Notes under the pieces: model-generated | Told to the model about the DNA's origin: nothing | Seen by the model: only the letters and a program-made list of their open reading frames with translations | Database searches by the model: none | Made by a program: the position numbers and the translations under genes | Assembly (NCBI GenBank): GCA_964016885.1 | Contig: OZ024742.1 | Span: 163,060,001 to 163,124,000, forward strand | Direction: 5' to 3' | From: Eledone cirrhosa | Taxonomy: Eukaryota | DNA length: 64,000 nt | Part shown: one piece after another, positions 12,100 through 25,301 of the stretch | How positions within the stretch are numbered: position 1 is the first letter of the stretch | Layout: each line of letters starts with the position of its first letter

Positions 12100-15000
12100 T
12101 TACAAATTATCTCCCCCTGATTTTTTTTTACAAATTATTTCCCCCTGATTTTTTTACAAATTATCTCCCCCCTGATTTTTTTTACAATCTCCGCCTGATT
12201 TTTTTAAAAATTATCTTCCCTTGGCTGGCGGGAAATTATCTCCCCTTGGACGGCTGGAAATTATATCCCCTTGGAAGGATGGAAATTATCTCCCCTTGGA
12301 CGGCTGGAAATTATCTCCCCTTGGACGGCTGGAAATTATCTCCCCTTGGACAGCTGGAAATTATCTGCCCTTGATTTTGTTTTTACAAATTATCTCCCCC
12401 TGATTTTTTTTACAAATTATCTCCACCTGATTTTTAAAAAACCCTTGGACGGCTGGAAATTATCTCCCCTTGATTTTTTTACAAATTATCTCCCCCTGAT
12501 TTTTTTTACAAATTATCTCCCCCTGATTTTTTTACAAATTATCTCCCCCTGATTTTTTTTACAAATTATCTCCGCCTGATTTTTTTAAATATTATCTTCC
12601 CTTGGCTGGCGGGAAATTATCTCCCCTTGGACGGCTGAAAATTATCTCCCCTTGGACGGCTGGAAATTATCTCCCCTTGATTTTTTTTACAAATTATCTC
12701 CCCCTGATTTTTTTTTACAAATTATCTCCCCCTGATTTTTTTTTACAAATTATCTCCCCCTGATTTTTTTTTACAAATTATCTCACCCTGATTTTTTTTA
12801 CAAATTATCTCCCCCTGATTTTTTTACAAATTATCTCCCCTTGGCTAGCTGGAAATTATCTCCCCTTGGAGGCTGGAATTTATCTCCCCTTGGACGGCTA
12901 GAAATTACCTCTCCTTGGACGGCTGGAAAATATGTCTCCTTGGACGGCTGGATATTATCTACCCTTGGACGGCTGGAAATTATCTCCCCTTGGACGGCTG
13001 GAAATTATCTCCCCTTGGACGGCTAGATATTACCTCCCCTTGGACGGCTGGAAATTATCTCCCCTTGATTTTTTTACAAATTATCTCCCCCTGATTTTTT
13101 TACAAATTATCTCCCCCTGATTTTTTTTACAAATTATCTCCGCCTAATTTTTTTAAATATTATCTTCCCTTGGCTGGCGGGAAATTATCTCCCCTTGGAC
13201 GGCTGAAAATTATCTCCCCTTGGACGGCTGGAAATTATCTCCCCTTGATTTTTTTTACAAATTATCTCCCCGTGATTTTTTTTTACAAATTATCTCCCCC
13301 TGATTTTTTTTACAAATTATCTCCCCCTGATTTTTTTTACAAATTATCTCCCCTTGGCTGGCTGGAAATTATCTCCCCTTGGAGGCTGGAATTTATCTCC
13401 CCTTGGACGGCTAGAAATTACCTCTCCTTGGACGGCTGGAAAATATGTCCTTGGACGGCTGGATATTATCTACCCTTGGACGGCTGGAAATTATCTCCCC
13501 TTGGACGGCTGGAAATTATCTCCCCTTGGACGGCTAGATATTACCTCCCCTTGGACGGCTGGAAATTATCTCCCCTTGATTTTTTTTACAATTTATCTCC
13601 CCCTGATTTTTTTTTACAAATTATCTCCCCCTGATTTTTTTTTACGAATTATCTCCCCCTGATTTTTTTTTACAAATTATCTCCGCCTGATTTTTTTTTA
13701 AAAATTATCTCCCCTTGAACGGCTGGAAATTATCTCCCCTTGGACGGCTGGAAATTATCTCCCCTTGGACGGCTAGAAATTACCTCTCCTTGGACGGCTG
13801 AAAATTATCTCCCCTTGGACGGCTGCAAATTATCTCCCCTTGATTTTTTAACAAATTATCTCCCCCTGATTTTTTTTTACAAATTATCTCCCCCTGATTT
13901 TTTTTTACAAATTATCTACGCCTAATTTTTTTTACAAATTATCTCCCCCTGATTTTTTTTTACAAATTATCTCCCCCTGATTTTTTTTACAAATTATCTC
14001 CCCCTGATTTTTTTTTACAAATTATTTCCCCCTGATTTTTTTACAAATTATCTCCCCCCTGATTTTTTTTACAATCTCCGCCTGATTTTTTTAAAAATTA
14101 TCTCCCCTTGGCTGGCTGGAAATTATCTCCCCTTGGAGGCTGGAATTTATCTCCCCTTGGACGGCTAGAAATTACCTCTCCTTGGACGGCTGGAAAATAT
14201 GTCCTTGGACGGCTGGATATTATCTACCCTTGGACGGCTGGAAATTATCTCCCCTTGGACGGCTGGAAATTATCTCCCCTTGGACGGCTAGATATTACCT
14301 CCCCTTGGACGGCTGGAAATTATCTCCCCTTGATTTTTTTTACAATTTATCTCCCCCTGATTTTTTTTTACAAATTATCTCCCCCTGATTTTTTTTTACG
14401 AATTATCTCCCCCTGATTTTTTTTTACAAATTATCTCCGCCTGATTTTTTTTTTAAAATTATCTCCCCTTGAACGGCTGGAAATTATCTCCCCTTGGACG
14501 GCTGGAAATTATCTCCCCTTGGACGGCTAGAAATTACCTCTCCTTGGACGGCTGAAAATTATCTCCCCTTGGACGGCTGCAAATTATCTCCCCTTGATTT
14601 TTTAACAAATTATCTCCCCCTGATTTTTTTTTACAAATTATCTCCCCCTGATTTTTTTTTACAAATTATCTACGCCTAATTTTTTTTACAAATTATCTCC
14701 CCCTGATTTTTTTTTACAAATTATCTCCCCCTGATTTTTTTTACAAATTATCTCCCCCTGATTTTTTTTTACAAATTATTTCCCCCTGATTTTTTTACAA
14801 ATTATCTCCCCCCTGATTTTTTTTACAATCTCCGCCTGATTTTTTTAAAAATTATCTTCCCTTGGCTGGCGGGAAATTATCTCCCCTTGGACGGCTGGAA
14901 ATTATATCCCCTTGGAAGGATGGAAATTATCTCCCCTTGGACGGCTGGAAATTATCTCCCCTTGGACGGCTGGAAATTATCTCCCCTTGGACAGCTGGAA

Positions 15001-18000
15001 ATTATCTGCCCTTGATTTTGTTTTTACAAATTATCTGCCCCTGATTTTTTTTACAAATTATCTCCACCTGATTTTTTAAAAAATTATCTCCCCTTGGACG
15101 GCTGGAAATTATCTCCCCTTGATTTTTTTACAAATTATCTCCCCCTGATTTTTTTTACAAATTATCTCCGCCTGATTTTTTTAAATATTATCTTCCCTTG
15201 GCTGGCGGGAAATTATCTCCCCTTGGACGGCTGAAAATTATCTCCCCTTGGACGGCTGGAAATTATCTCCCCTTGATTTTTTTTACAAATTATCTCCCCC
15301 TGATTTTTTTTTACAAATTATCTCCCCCTGATTTTTTTTTACAAATTATCTCCCCCTGATTTTTTTTTACAAATTATCTCACCCTGATTTTTTTTACAAA
15401 TTATCTCCCCCTGATTTTTTTACAAATTATCTCCCCTTGGCTGGCTGGAAATTATCTCCCCTTGGAGGCTGGAATTTATCTCCCCTTGGACGGCTAGAAA
15501 TTACCTCTCCTTGGACGGCTGGAAAATATGTCTCCTTGGACGGCTGGATATTATCTACCCTTGGACGGCTGGAAATTATCTCCCCTTGGACGGCTGGAAA
15601 TTATCTCCCCTTGGACGGCTAGATATTACCTCCCCTTGGACGGCTGGAAATTATCTCCCCTTAATTTTTTTACAAATTATCTCCCCCTGATTTTTTTACA
15701 AATTATCTCCCCCTGATTTTTTTTACAAATTATCTCCGCCTAATTTTTTTAAATATTATCTTCCCTTGGCTGGCGGGAAATTATCTCCCCTTGGACGGCT
15801 GGAAATTATCTCCCCTTGGACGGCTGGAAATTATCTCCCCTTGATTTTTTTTACAAATTATCTCCCCCTGATTTTTTTTTACAAATTATCTCCCCCTGAT
15901 TTTTTTTACAAATTATCTCCCCCTGATTTTTTTACAAATTATCTCCCCTTGGCTGGCTGGAAATTATCTCCCCTTGGAGGCTGGAATTTATCTCCCCTTG
16001 GACGGCTAGAAATTACCTCTCCTTGGACGGCTGGAAAATATGTCCTTGGACGGCTGGATATTATCTACCCTTGGACGGCTGGAAATTATCTCCCCTTGGA
16101 CGGCTGGAAATTATCTCCCCTTGGACGGCTAGATATTACCTCCCCTTGGACGGCTGGAAATTATCTCCCCTTGATTTTTTTTACAAATTATCTCCCCCTG
16201 ATTTTTTTTTACAAATTATCTCCCCCTGATTTTTTTTTACAAATTATCTCCCCCTGATTTTTTTTTACAAATTATCTACCCCTGATTTCTTTTTACAAAT
16301 TATCTCCCCCTGATTTTTTTTACAAATTATCTCCCCCTGATTTTTTTTTACAAATTATCTTCCCCTGATTTTTTTTTACAAATTATCTACCCCTGATTTT
16401 TTTTACAAATTATCTCCCCCTGATTTTTTTTACAAATTATCTCCCCCTGATTTTGTTTACAAATTATCTCCCCCTGATTTTTTTACAAATTATCTCCCCC
16501 TGATTTTTTTTACAAATTATCTCCGCCTAATTTTTTTAAATATTATCTTCCCTTGGCTGGCGGGAAATTATCTCCCCTTGGACGGCTGAAAATTATCTCT
16601 CCTTGGACGGCTGGAAATTATCTCCCCTAGATTTTTTTTACAAATTATCTCCCCCTGATTATTTTTTACAAATTATCTCCCCCTGATTTTTTTTTACAAA
16701 TTATCTCCCCCTGATTTTTTTTACAAATTATCTCCCCCTGATTTTTTTACAAATTATCTCCCCTTGGCTGGCTGGAAATTATCTCCCCTTGGAGGCTGGA
16801 ATTTATCTCCCCTTGGACGGTTAGAAATTACCTCTCCTTGGACGGCTGGAAAATATGTCTCCTTGGACGGCTGGAAATTATCGCCCCTTGGACGGCTGGA
16901 AATTATCTCCCCTTGGACGGCTGGAAATTATCTCTCCTCGGACGGCTAGAAATTACCTCTCCTTGGACAGCTGAAAATTATCTCCCCTTGGACGGCTGGA
17001 AATTATCTCCCCTTGATTTTTTTTACAAATTATCTCCCCCTGATTTTTTTTTACAAATTATCTCCCCCTGATTTTTTTTTACAAATTATCTCCCCCTGAT
17101 TTTTTTTTACAAATTATCTCCCCCTGATATTTTTTACAAATTATCTCCCCCTGATTTTTTTACAAATTATCTCCCCTTGGCTGGCTGGAAATTATCTCCC
17201 CTTGGAGGCTGGAATTTATCTCCCCTTAGACGGCTAGAAATTACCTCGCCTTGGACGGCTGGAAAATATGTCTCCTTGGACGGCTGGAAATTATCTCCCC
17301 TTGGACGGCTGGAAATTATCTCCCCTTGGACGGCTGGAAATTATCTCCCCTTGGACGGCTAGATATTACCTCCCCTTGGACGGCTGGAAATTATCTCCCC
17401 TTGGACGGCTAGATATTACCTCCCCTTGGACGGCTGGAAATTATCTCCCTTTGATTTTTTTTACAATTTATCTCCCCCTGATTTTTTTTTACAAATTATC
17501 TCCCCCTGATTTTTTTTTACGAATTATCTCCCCCTGATTTTTTTTTACAAATTATCTCCGCCTGATTTTTTTTAAAAAGTTATCTCCCTTGAACGGCTGG
17601 AAATTATCTCCCCTTGGACGGCTGGAAATTATCTCCCCTTGGACGGCTAGAAATGACCTCTCCTTGGACGGCTGAAAATTATCTCCCCTTGGACGGCTGC
17701 AAATTATCTCCCCTTGATTTTTTAACAAATTATCTCCCCCTGATTTTTTTTTACAAATTATCTCCCCCTGATTTTTTTTTACAAATTATCTACGCCTAAT
17801 TTTTTTTACAAATTATCTCCCCCTGATTTTTTTTTACAAATTATCTCCCCCTGATTTTTTTTACAAATTATCTCCCCCTGATTTTTTTTTACAAATTATT
17901 TCCCCCTGATTTTTTTACAAATTATCTCCCCCCTGATTTTTTTTACAATCTCCGCCTGATTTTTTTAAAAATTATCTTCCCTTGGCTGGCGGGAAATTAT

Positions 18001-21000
18001 CTCCCCTTGGACGGCTGGAAATTATATCCCCTTGGAAGGATGGAAATTATCTCCCCTTGGACGGCTGGAAATTATCTCCCCTTGGACGGCTGGAAATTAT
18101 CTCCCCTTGGACAGCTGGAAATTATCTGCCCTTGATTTTGTTTTTACAAATTATCTCCCCCTGATTTTTTTTACAAATTATCTCCACCTGATTTTTAAAA
18201 AAATTATCTCCCCTTGGACGGCTGGAAATTATCTCCCCTTGATTTTTTTACAAATTATCTCCCCCTGATTTTTTTTACAAATTATCTCCCCCTGATTTTT
18301 TTTACAAATTATCTCCCCCTGATTTTTTTACAAATTATCTCCGCCTGATTTTTTTAAATATTATCTTCCCTTGGCTGGCGGGAAATTATCTCCCCTTGGA
18401 CGGCTGAAAATTATCTCCCCTTGGACGGCTGGAAATTATCTCCCCTTGATTTTTTTTACAAATTATCTCCCCCTGATTTTTTTTCACAAATTATCTCCCC
18501 CTGATTTTTTTTTACAAATTATCTCCCCCTGATTTTTTTTTACAAATTATCTCACCCTGATTTTTTTTACAAATTATCCCCCTGATTTTTTTACAAATTA
18601 TCTCCCCTTGGCTAGCTGGAAATTATCTCCCCTTGGAGGCTGGAATTTATCTCCCCTTGGACGGCTAGAAATTACCTCTCCTTGGACGGCTGGAAAATAT
18701 GTCTCCTTGGACGGCTGGATATTATCTACCCTTGGACGGCTGGAAATTATCTCCCCTTGGACGGCTGGAAATTATCTCCCCTTGGACGGCTAGATATTAC
18801 CTCCCCTTGGACGGCTGGAAATTATCTCCCCCTGATTTTTTTTTACAAATTATTTCCCCCTGATTTTTTTACAAATTATCTCCCCCCTGATTTTTTTTAC
18901 AATCTCCGCCTGATTTTTTTAAAAATTATCTTCCCTTGGCTGGCGGGAAATTATCTCCCCTTGGACGGCTGGAAATTATATCCCCTTGGAAGGATGGAAA
19001 TTATCTCCCCTTGGACGGCTGGAAATTATCTCCCCTTGGACGGCTGGAAATTATCTCCCCTTGGACAGCTAGAAATTATCTGCCCTTGATTTTGTTTTTA
19101 CAAATTATCTCCCCCTGATTTTTTTTACAAATTATCTCCACCTGATTTTTAAAAAAATTATCTCCCCTTGGACGGCTGGAAATTATCTCCCCTTGATTTT
19201 TTTACAAATTATCTCCCCCTGATTTTTTTTACAAATTATCTCCCCCTGATTTTTTTTACAAATTATCTCCCCCTGATTTTTTTACAAATTATCTCCCCCT
19301 GAATTTTTTTACAAATTATCTCCGCCTGATTTTTTTAAATATTATCTTCCCTTGGCTGGCGGGAAATTATCTCCCCTTGGACGGCTGAAAATTATCTCCC
19401 CTTGGACGGCTGGAAATTATCTCCCCTTGATTTTTTTTACAAATTATCTCCCCCTGATTTTTTTTTACAAATTATCTCCCCCTGATTTTTTTTTACAAAT
19501 TATCTCCCCCTGATTTTTTTTTACAAATTATCTCACCCTGATTTTTTTTACAAATTATCTCCGCCTGATTTTTTTACAAATTATCTCCCCTTGGCTAGCT
19601 GGAAATTATCTCCCCTTGGAGGCTGGAATTTATCTCCCCTTGGACGGCTAGAAATTACCTCTCCTTGGACGGCTGGAAAATATGTCTCCTTGGACGGCTG
19701 GATATTATCTACCCTTGGACGGCTGGAAATTATCTCCCCTTGGACGGCTGGAAATTATCTCCCCTTGGACGGCTAGATATTACCTCCCCTTGGACGGCTG
19801 GAAATTATCTCCCCTTGATTTTTTTACAAATTATCTCCCCCTGATTTTTTTACAAATTATCTCCCCCTGATTTTTTTTACAAATTATCTCCGCCTAATTT
19901 TTTTAAATATTATCTTCCCTTGGCTGGCGGGAAATTATCTCCCCTTGGACGGCTGAAAATTATCTCCCCTTGGACGGCTGGAAATTATCTCCCCTTGATT
20001 TTTTTTACAAATTATCTCCCCCTGATTTTTTTTTACAAATTATCTCCCCCTGATTTTTTTTACAAATTATCTCCCCCTGATTTTTTTTACAAATTATCTC
20101 CCCTTGGCTGGCTGGAAATTATCTCCCCTTGGAGGCTGGAATTTATCTCCCCTTGGACGGCTAGAAATTACCTCTCCTTGGACGGCTGGAAAATATGTCC
20201 TTGGACGGCTGGATATTATCTACCCTTGGACGGCTGCAAATTATCTCCCCTTGGACGGCTGGAAATTATCTCCCCTTGGACGGCTAGATATTACCTCCCC
20301 TTGGACGGCTGGAAATTATCTCCCCTTGATTTTTTTTACAATTTATCTCCCCCTGATTTTTTTTTACAAATTATCTCCCCCTGATTTTTTTTTACGAATT
20401 ATCTCCCCCTGATTTTTTTTTACAAATTATCTCCGCCTGATTTTTTTTTAAAAATTATCTCCCCTTGAACGGCTGGAAATTATCTCCCCTTGGACGGCTG
20501 GAAATTATCTCCCCTTGGACGGCTAGAAATTACCTCTCCTTGGACGGCTGAAAATTATCTCCCCTTGGACGGCTGCAAATTATCTCCCCTTGATTTTTTA
20601 ACAAATTATCTCCCCCTGATTTTTTTTTACAAATTATCTCCCCCTGATTTTTTTTTACAAATTATCTACGCCTAATTTTTTTTACAAATTATCTCCCCCT
20701 GATTTTTTTTTACAAATTATCTCCCCCTGATTTTTTTTACAAATTATCTCCCCCTGATTTTTTTTTACAAATTATTTCCCCCTGATTTTTTTACAAATTA
20801 TCTCCCCCCTGATTTTTTTTACAATCTCCGCCTGATTTTTTTAAAAATTATCTTCCCTTGGCTGGCGGGAAATTATCTCCCCTTGGACGGCTGGAAATTA
20901 TATCCCCTTGGAAGGATGGAAATTATCTCCCCTTGGACGGCTGGAAATTATCTCCCCTTGGACGGCTGGAAATTATCTCCCCTTGGACAGCTGGAAATTA

Positions 21001-24000
21001 TCTGCCCTTGATTTTGTTTTTACAAATTATCTCCCCCTGATTTTTTTTACAAATTATCTCCACCTGATTTTTTAAAAAATTATCTCCCCTTGGACGGCTG
21101 GAAATTATCTCCCCTTGATTTTTTTACAAATTACCTCCCCCTGATTTTTTTTACAAATTATCTCCCCCTGATTTTTTTTTTACAAATTATCTCCCCCTGA
21201 TTTTTTTACAAATTATCTCCCCCTGATTTTTTTTACAAATTATCTCCGCCTGATTTTTTTAAATATTATCTTCCCTTGGCTGGCGGGAAATTATCTCCCC
21301 TTGGACGGCTGAAAATTATCTCCCCTTGGACGGCTGGAAATTATCTCCCCTTGATTTTTTTTACAAATTATCTCCCCCTGATTTTTTTTTACAAATTATC
21401 TCCCCCTGATTTTTTTTTACAAATTATCTCCCCCTGATTTTTTTTTACAAATTATCTCACCCTGATTTTTTTTACAAATTATCTCCCCCTGATTTTTTTA
21501 CAAATTATCTCCCCTTGGCTGGCTGGAAATTATCTCCACTTGGAGGCTGGAATTTATCTCCCCTTGGACGGCTAGAAATTACCTCTCCTTGGACGGCTGG
21601 AAAATATGTCTCCTTGGACGGCTGGATATTATCTACCCTTGGACGGCTGGAAATTATCTCCCCTTGGACGGCTGGAAATTATCTCCCCTTGGACGGCTAG
21701 ATATTACCTCCCCTTGGACGGCTGGAAATTATCTCCCCTTAATTTTTTTACAAATTATCTCCCCCTGATTTTTTTACAAATTATCTCCCCCTGATTTTTT
21801 TTACAAATTATCTCCGCCTAATTTTTTTAAATATTATCTTCCCTTGGCTGGCGGGAAATTATCTCCCCTTGGACGGCTGAAAATTATCTCCCCTTGGACG
21901 GCTGGAAATTATCTCCCCTTGATTTTTTTTACAAATTATCTCCCCCTGATTTTTTTTTACAAATTATCTCCCCCTGATTTTTTTTACAAATTATCTCCCC
22001 CTGATTTTTTTACAAATTATCTCCCCTTGGCTGGCTGGAAATTATCTCCCCTTGGAGGCTGGAATTTATCTCCCCTTGGACGGCTAGAAATTACCTCTCC
22101 TTGGACGGCTGGAAAATATGTCCTTGGACGGCTGGATATTATCTACCCTTGGACGGCTGGAAATTATCTCCACTTGGACGGCTGGAAATTATCTCCCCTT
22201 GGACGGCTAGATATTACCTCCCCTTGGACGGCTGGAAATTATCTCCCCTTGATTTTTTTTACAAATTATCTCCCCCTGATTTTTTTTTACAAATTATCTC
22301 CCCCTGATTTTTTTTTACAAATTATCTCCCCCTGATTTTTTTTTACAAATTATCTACCCCTGATTTTTTTTTACAAATTATCTCCCCCTGATTTTTTTTA
22401 CAAATTATCTCCCCCTGATTTTTTTTTACAAATTATCTCCCCCTGATTTTTTTTTACAAATTATCTACCCCTGATTTTTTTTACAAATTATCTCCCCCTG
22501 ATTTTTTTTACAAATTATCTCCCCCTGATTTTGTTTACAAATTATCTCCCCCTGATTTTTTTACAAATTATCTCCCCCTGATTTTTTTTACAAATTATCT
22601 CCGCCTAATTTTTTTAAATATTATCTTCCCTTGGCTGGCGGGAAATTATCTCCCCTTGGACGGCTGAAAATTATCTCTCCTTGGACGGCTGGAAATTATC
22701 TCCCCTTGATTTTTTTTACAAATTATCTCCCCCTGATTATTTTTTACAAATTATCTCCCCCTGATTTTTTTTACAAATTATCTCCCCCTGATTTTTTTTA
22801 CAAATTATCTCCCCCTGATTTTTTTACAAATTATCTCCCCTTGGCTGGCTGGAAATTATCTCCCCTTGGAGGCTGGAATTTATCTCCCCTTGGACGGTTA
22901 GAAATTACCTCTCCTAGGACGGCTGGAAAATATGTCTCCTTGGACGGCTGGAAATTATCGCCCCTTGGACGGCTGGAAATTATCTCCCCTTGGACGGCTG
23001 GAAATTATCTCTCCTCGGACGGCTAGAAATTACCTCTCCTTGGACAGCTGAAAATTATCTCCCCTTGGACGGCTGGAAATTATCTCCCCTTGATTTTTTT
23101 TACAAATTATCTCCCCCTGATTTTTTTTTACAAATTATCTCCCCCTGATTTTTTTTTACAAATTATCTCCCCCTGATTTTTTTTTACAAATTATCTCCCC
23201 CTGATATTTTTTACAAATTATCTCCCCCTGATTTTTTTACAAATTATCTCCCCTTGGCTGGCTGGAAATTATCTCCCCTTGGAGGCTGGAATTTATCTCC
23301 CCTTAGACGGCTAGAAATTACCTCGCCTTGGACGGCTGGAAAATATGTCTCCTTGGACGGCTGGAAATTATCTCCCCTTGGACGGCTGGAAATTATCTCC
23401 CCTTGGACGGCTGGAAATTATCTCCCCTTGGACGGCTAGATATTACCTCCCCTTGGACGGCTGGAAATTATCTCCCCTTGGACGGCTAGATATTATCTCC
23501 CCTTGGACGGCTGGAAATTATCTCCCCTTGATTTTTTTTACAAATTATCTCCCCCTGATTTTTTTTTACAAATTATCTCCCCCTGATTTTTTTTTACGAA
23601 TTATCTCCCCCCGATTTTTTTTTACAAATTATCTCCGCCTGATTTTTTAAAAAAAATTATCTCCCCTTGACCGGCTGGAAATTATCTCCCCTTGGACGGC
23701 TGGAAATTATCTCCCCTTGGACGGCTAGAAATTACCTCTCCTTGGACGGCTGAAAATTATCTCCCCTTGGACGGCTGCAAATTATCTCCCCCTGATTTTT
23801 TTTTACAAATTATCTCCCCCTGATTTTTTTACAAATTATCTCCCCCTGATTTTTTTTACAATCTCCGCCTGATTTTTTTAAAAATTATCTTCCCTTGGCT
23901 GGCGGGAAATTATCTCCCCTTGGACGGCTGGAAATTATATCCCCTTGGAAGGATGGAAATTATCTCCCCTTGGACGGCTGGAAATTATCTCCCCTTGGAC

Positions 24001-24200
24001 GGCTGGAAATTATCTCCCCTTGGACAGCTGGAAATTATCTGCCCTTGATTTTGTTTTTACAAATTATCTCCCCCTGATTTTTTTTACAAATTATCTCCAC
24101 CTGATTTTTTAAAAAATTATCTCCCCTTGGACGGCTGGAAATTATCTCCCCTTGATTTTTTTACAAATTATCTCCCCCTGATTTTTTTTACAAATTATCT
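12100..24200. repeat. ~6-kb higher-order tandem duplication (~12.1-18.2 kb vs ~18.8-24.2 kb) with internal indels
   Basis: Offsets are 6750 (12841/19591, 13170/19920, 13740/20490) and 6077-6078 (15437/21515, 15766/21844, 17177/23254). Private variants shared by the two copies: CCCCTTAATTT (15661/21739), TTATCGCCCC (~16879/~22956) and CCTTAGACGG (~17226/~23303). Confidence 0.85.
13345..14855. repeat. 754-bp tandem duplication nested in the first ~6-kb copy
   Basis: Identical ORFs at 13354/14108 and 13740/14494. This accounts for the offset to the sister copy changing from 6750 to 5996 (14862/20858). Confidence 0.9.
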
Positions 24201-25301
24201 CCCCCTGATTTTTTGTTACAAATTATCTCCCCCTGATTTTTTTACAGATTATCTCCCCCTGATTTTTTTTACAAATTATCTCCGCCTGATTTTTTTAAAT
24301 ATTATCTTCCCTTGGCTGGCGGGAAATTATCTCCCCTTGGACGGCTGAAAATTATCTCCCCTTGGACGGCTGGAAATTATCTCCCCTTGATTTTTTTTAC
24401 AAATTATCTCCCCCTGATTTTTTTTTACAAATTATCTCCCCCTGATTTTTTTTACAAATTATCTCCCCCTGATTTTTTTTTACAAATTATCTCCCCCTGA
24501 TTTTTTTTTACAAATTATCTCCCCCTGATTTTTTTACAAATTATCTCCCCTTGGCTGGCTGGAAATTATCTCCCCTTGGAGGCTGGAATTTATCTCCCCT
24601 TGGACGGCTAGAAATTACCTCTCCTTGGACGGCTGGAAAATATGTCTCCTTGGACGGCTGGATATTATCTACCCTTGGACGGCTGGAAATTATCTCCCCT
24701 TGGACGGCTGGAAATTATCTCCCCTTGGACGGCTAGATATTACCTCCCCTTGGACGGCTGGAAATTATCTCCCCTTGATTTTTTTTACAAATTATCTCCC
24801 CCTGATTTTTTTTTACGAATTATCTCCCCCTGATTTTTTTTTACAAATTATCTCCGCCTGATTTTTTTTTTAAATTATCTCCCCTTGAACGGCTGGAAAT
24901 TATCTCCCCTTGGACGGCTGGAAATTATCTCCCCTTGGACGGCTAGAAATTACCTCTCCTTGGACGGCTGAAAATTATCTCCCCTTGGACGGCTGCAAAT
25001 TATATCCCCTTGATTTTTTTAACAAATTATCTCCCCCTGATTTTTTTTTACAAATTATCTCCCCCTGATTTTTTTTTACAAATTATCTCCCCCCTGATTT
25101 TTTTTACAATCTCCGCCTGATTTTTTTAAAAATTATCTTCCCTTGGCTGGCAGGAAATTATCTCCCCTTGGACGGCTGGAAATTATATCCCCTTGGAAGG
25201 ATGGAAATTATCTCCCCTTGGACGGCTGGAAATTATCTCCCCTTGGACGGCTGGAAATTACCTCCCCTTGGACAGCTGGAAATTATCTGCCCTTGATTTT
25301 G

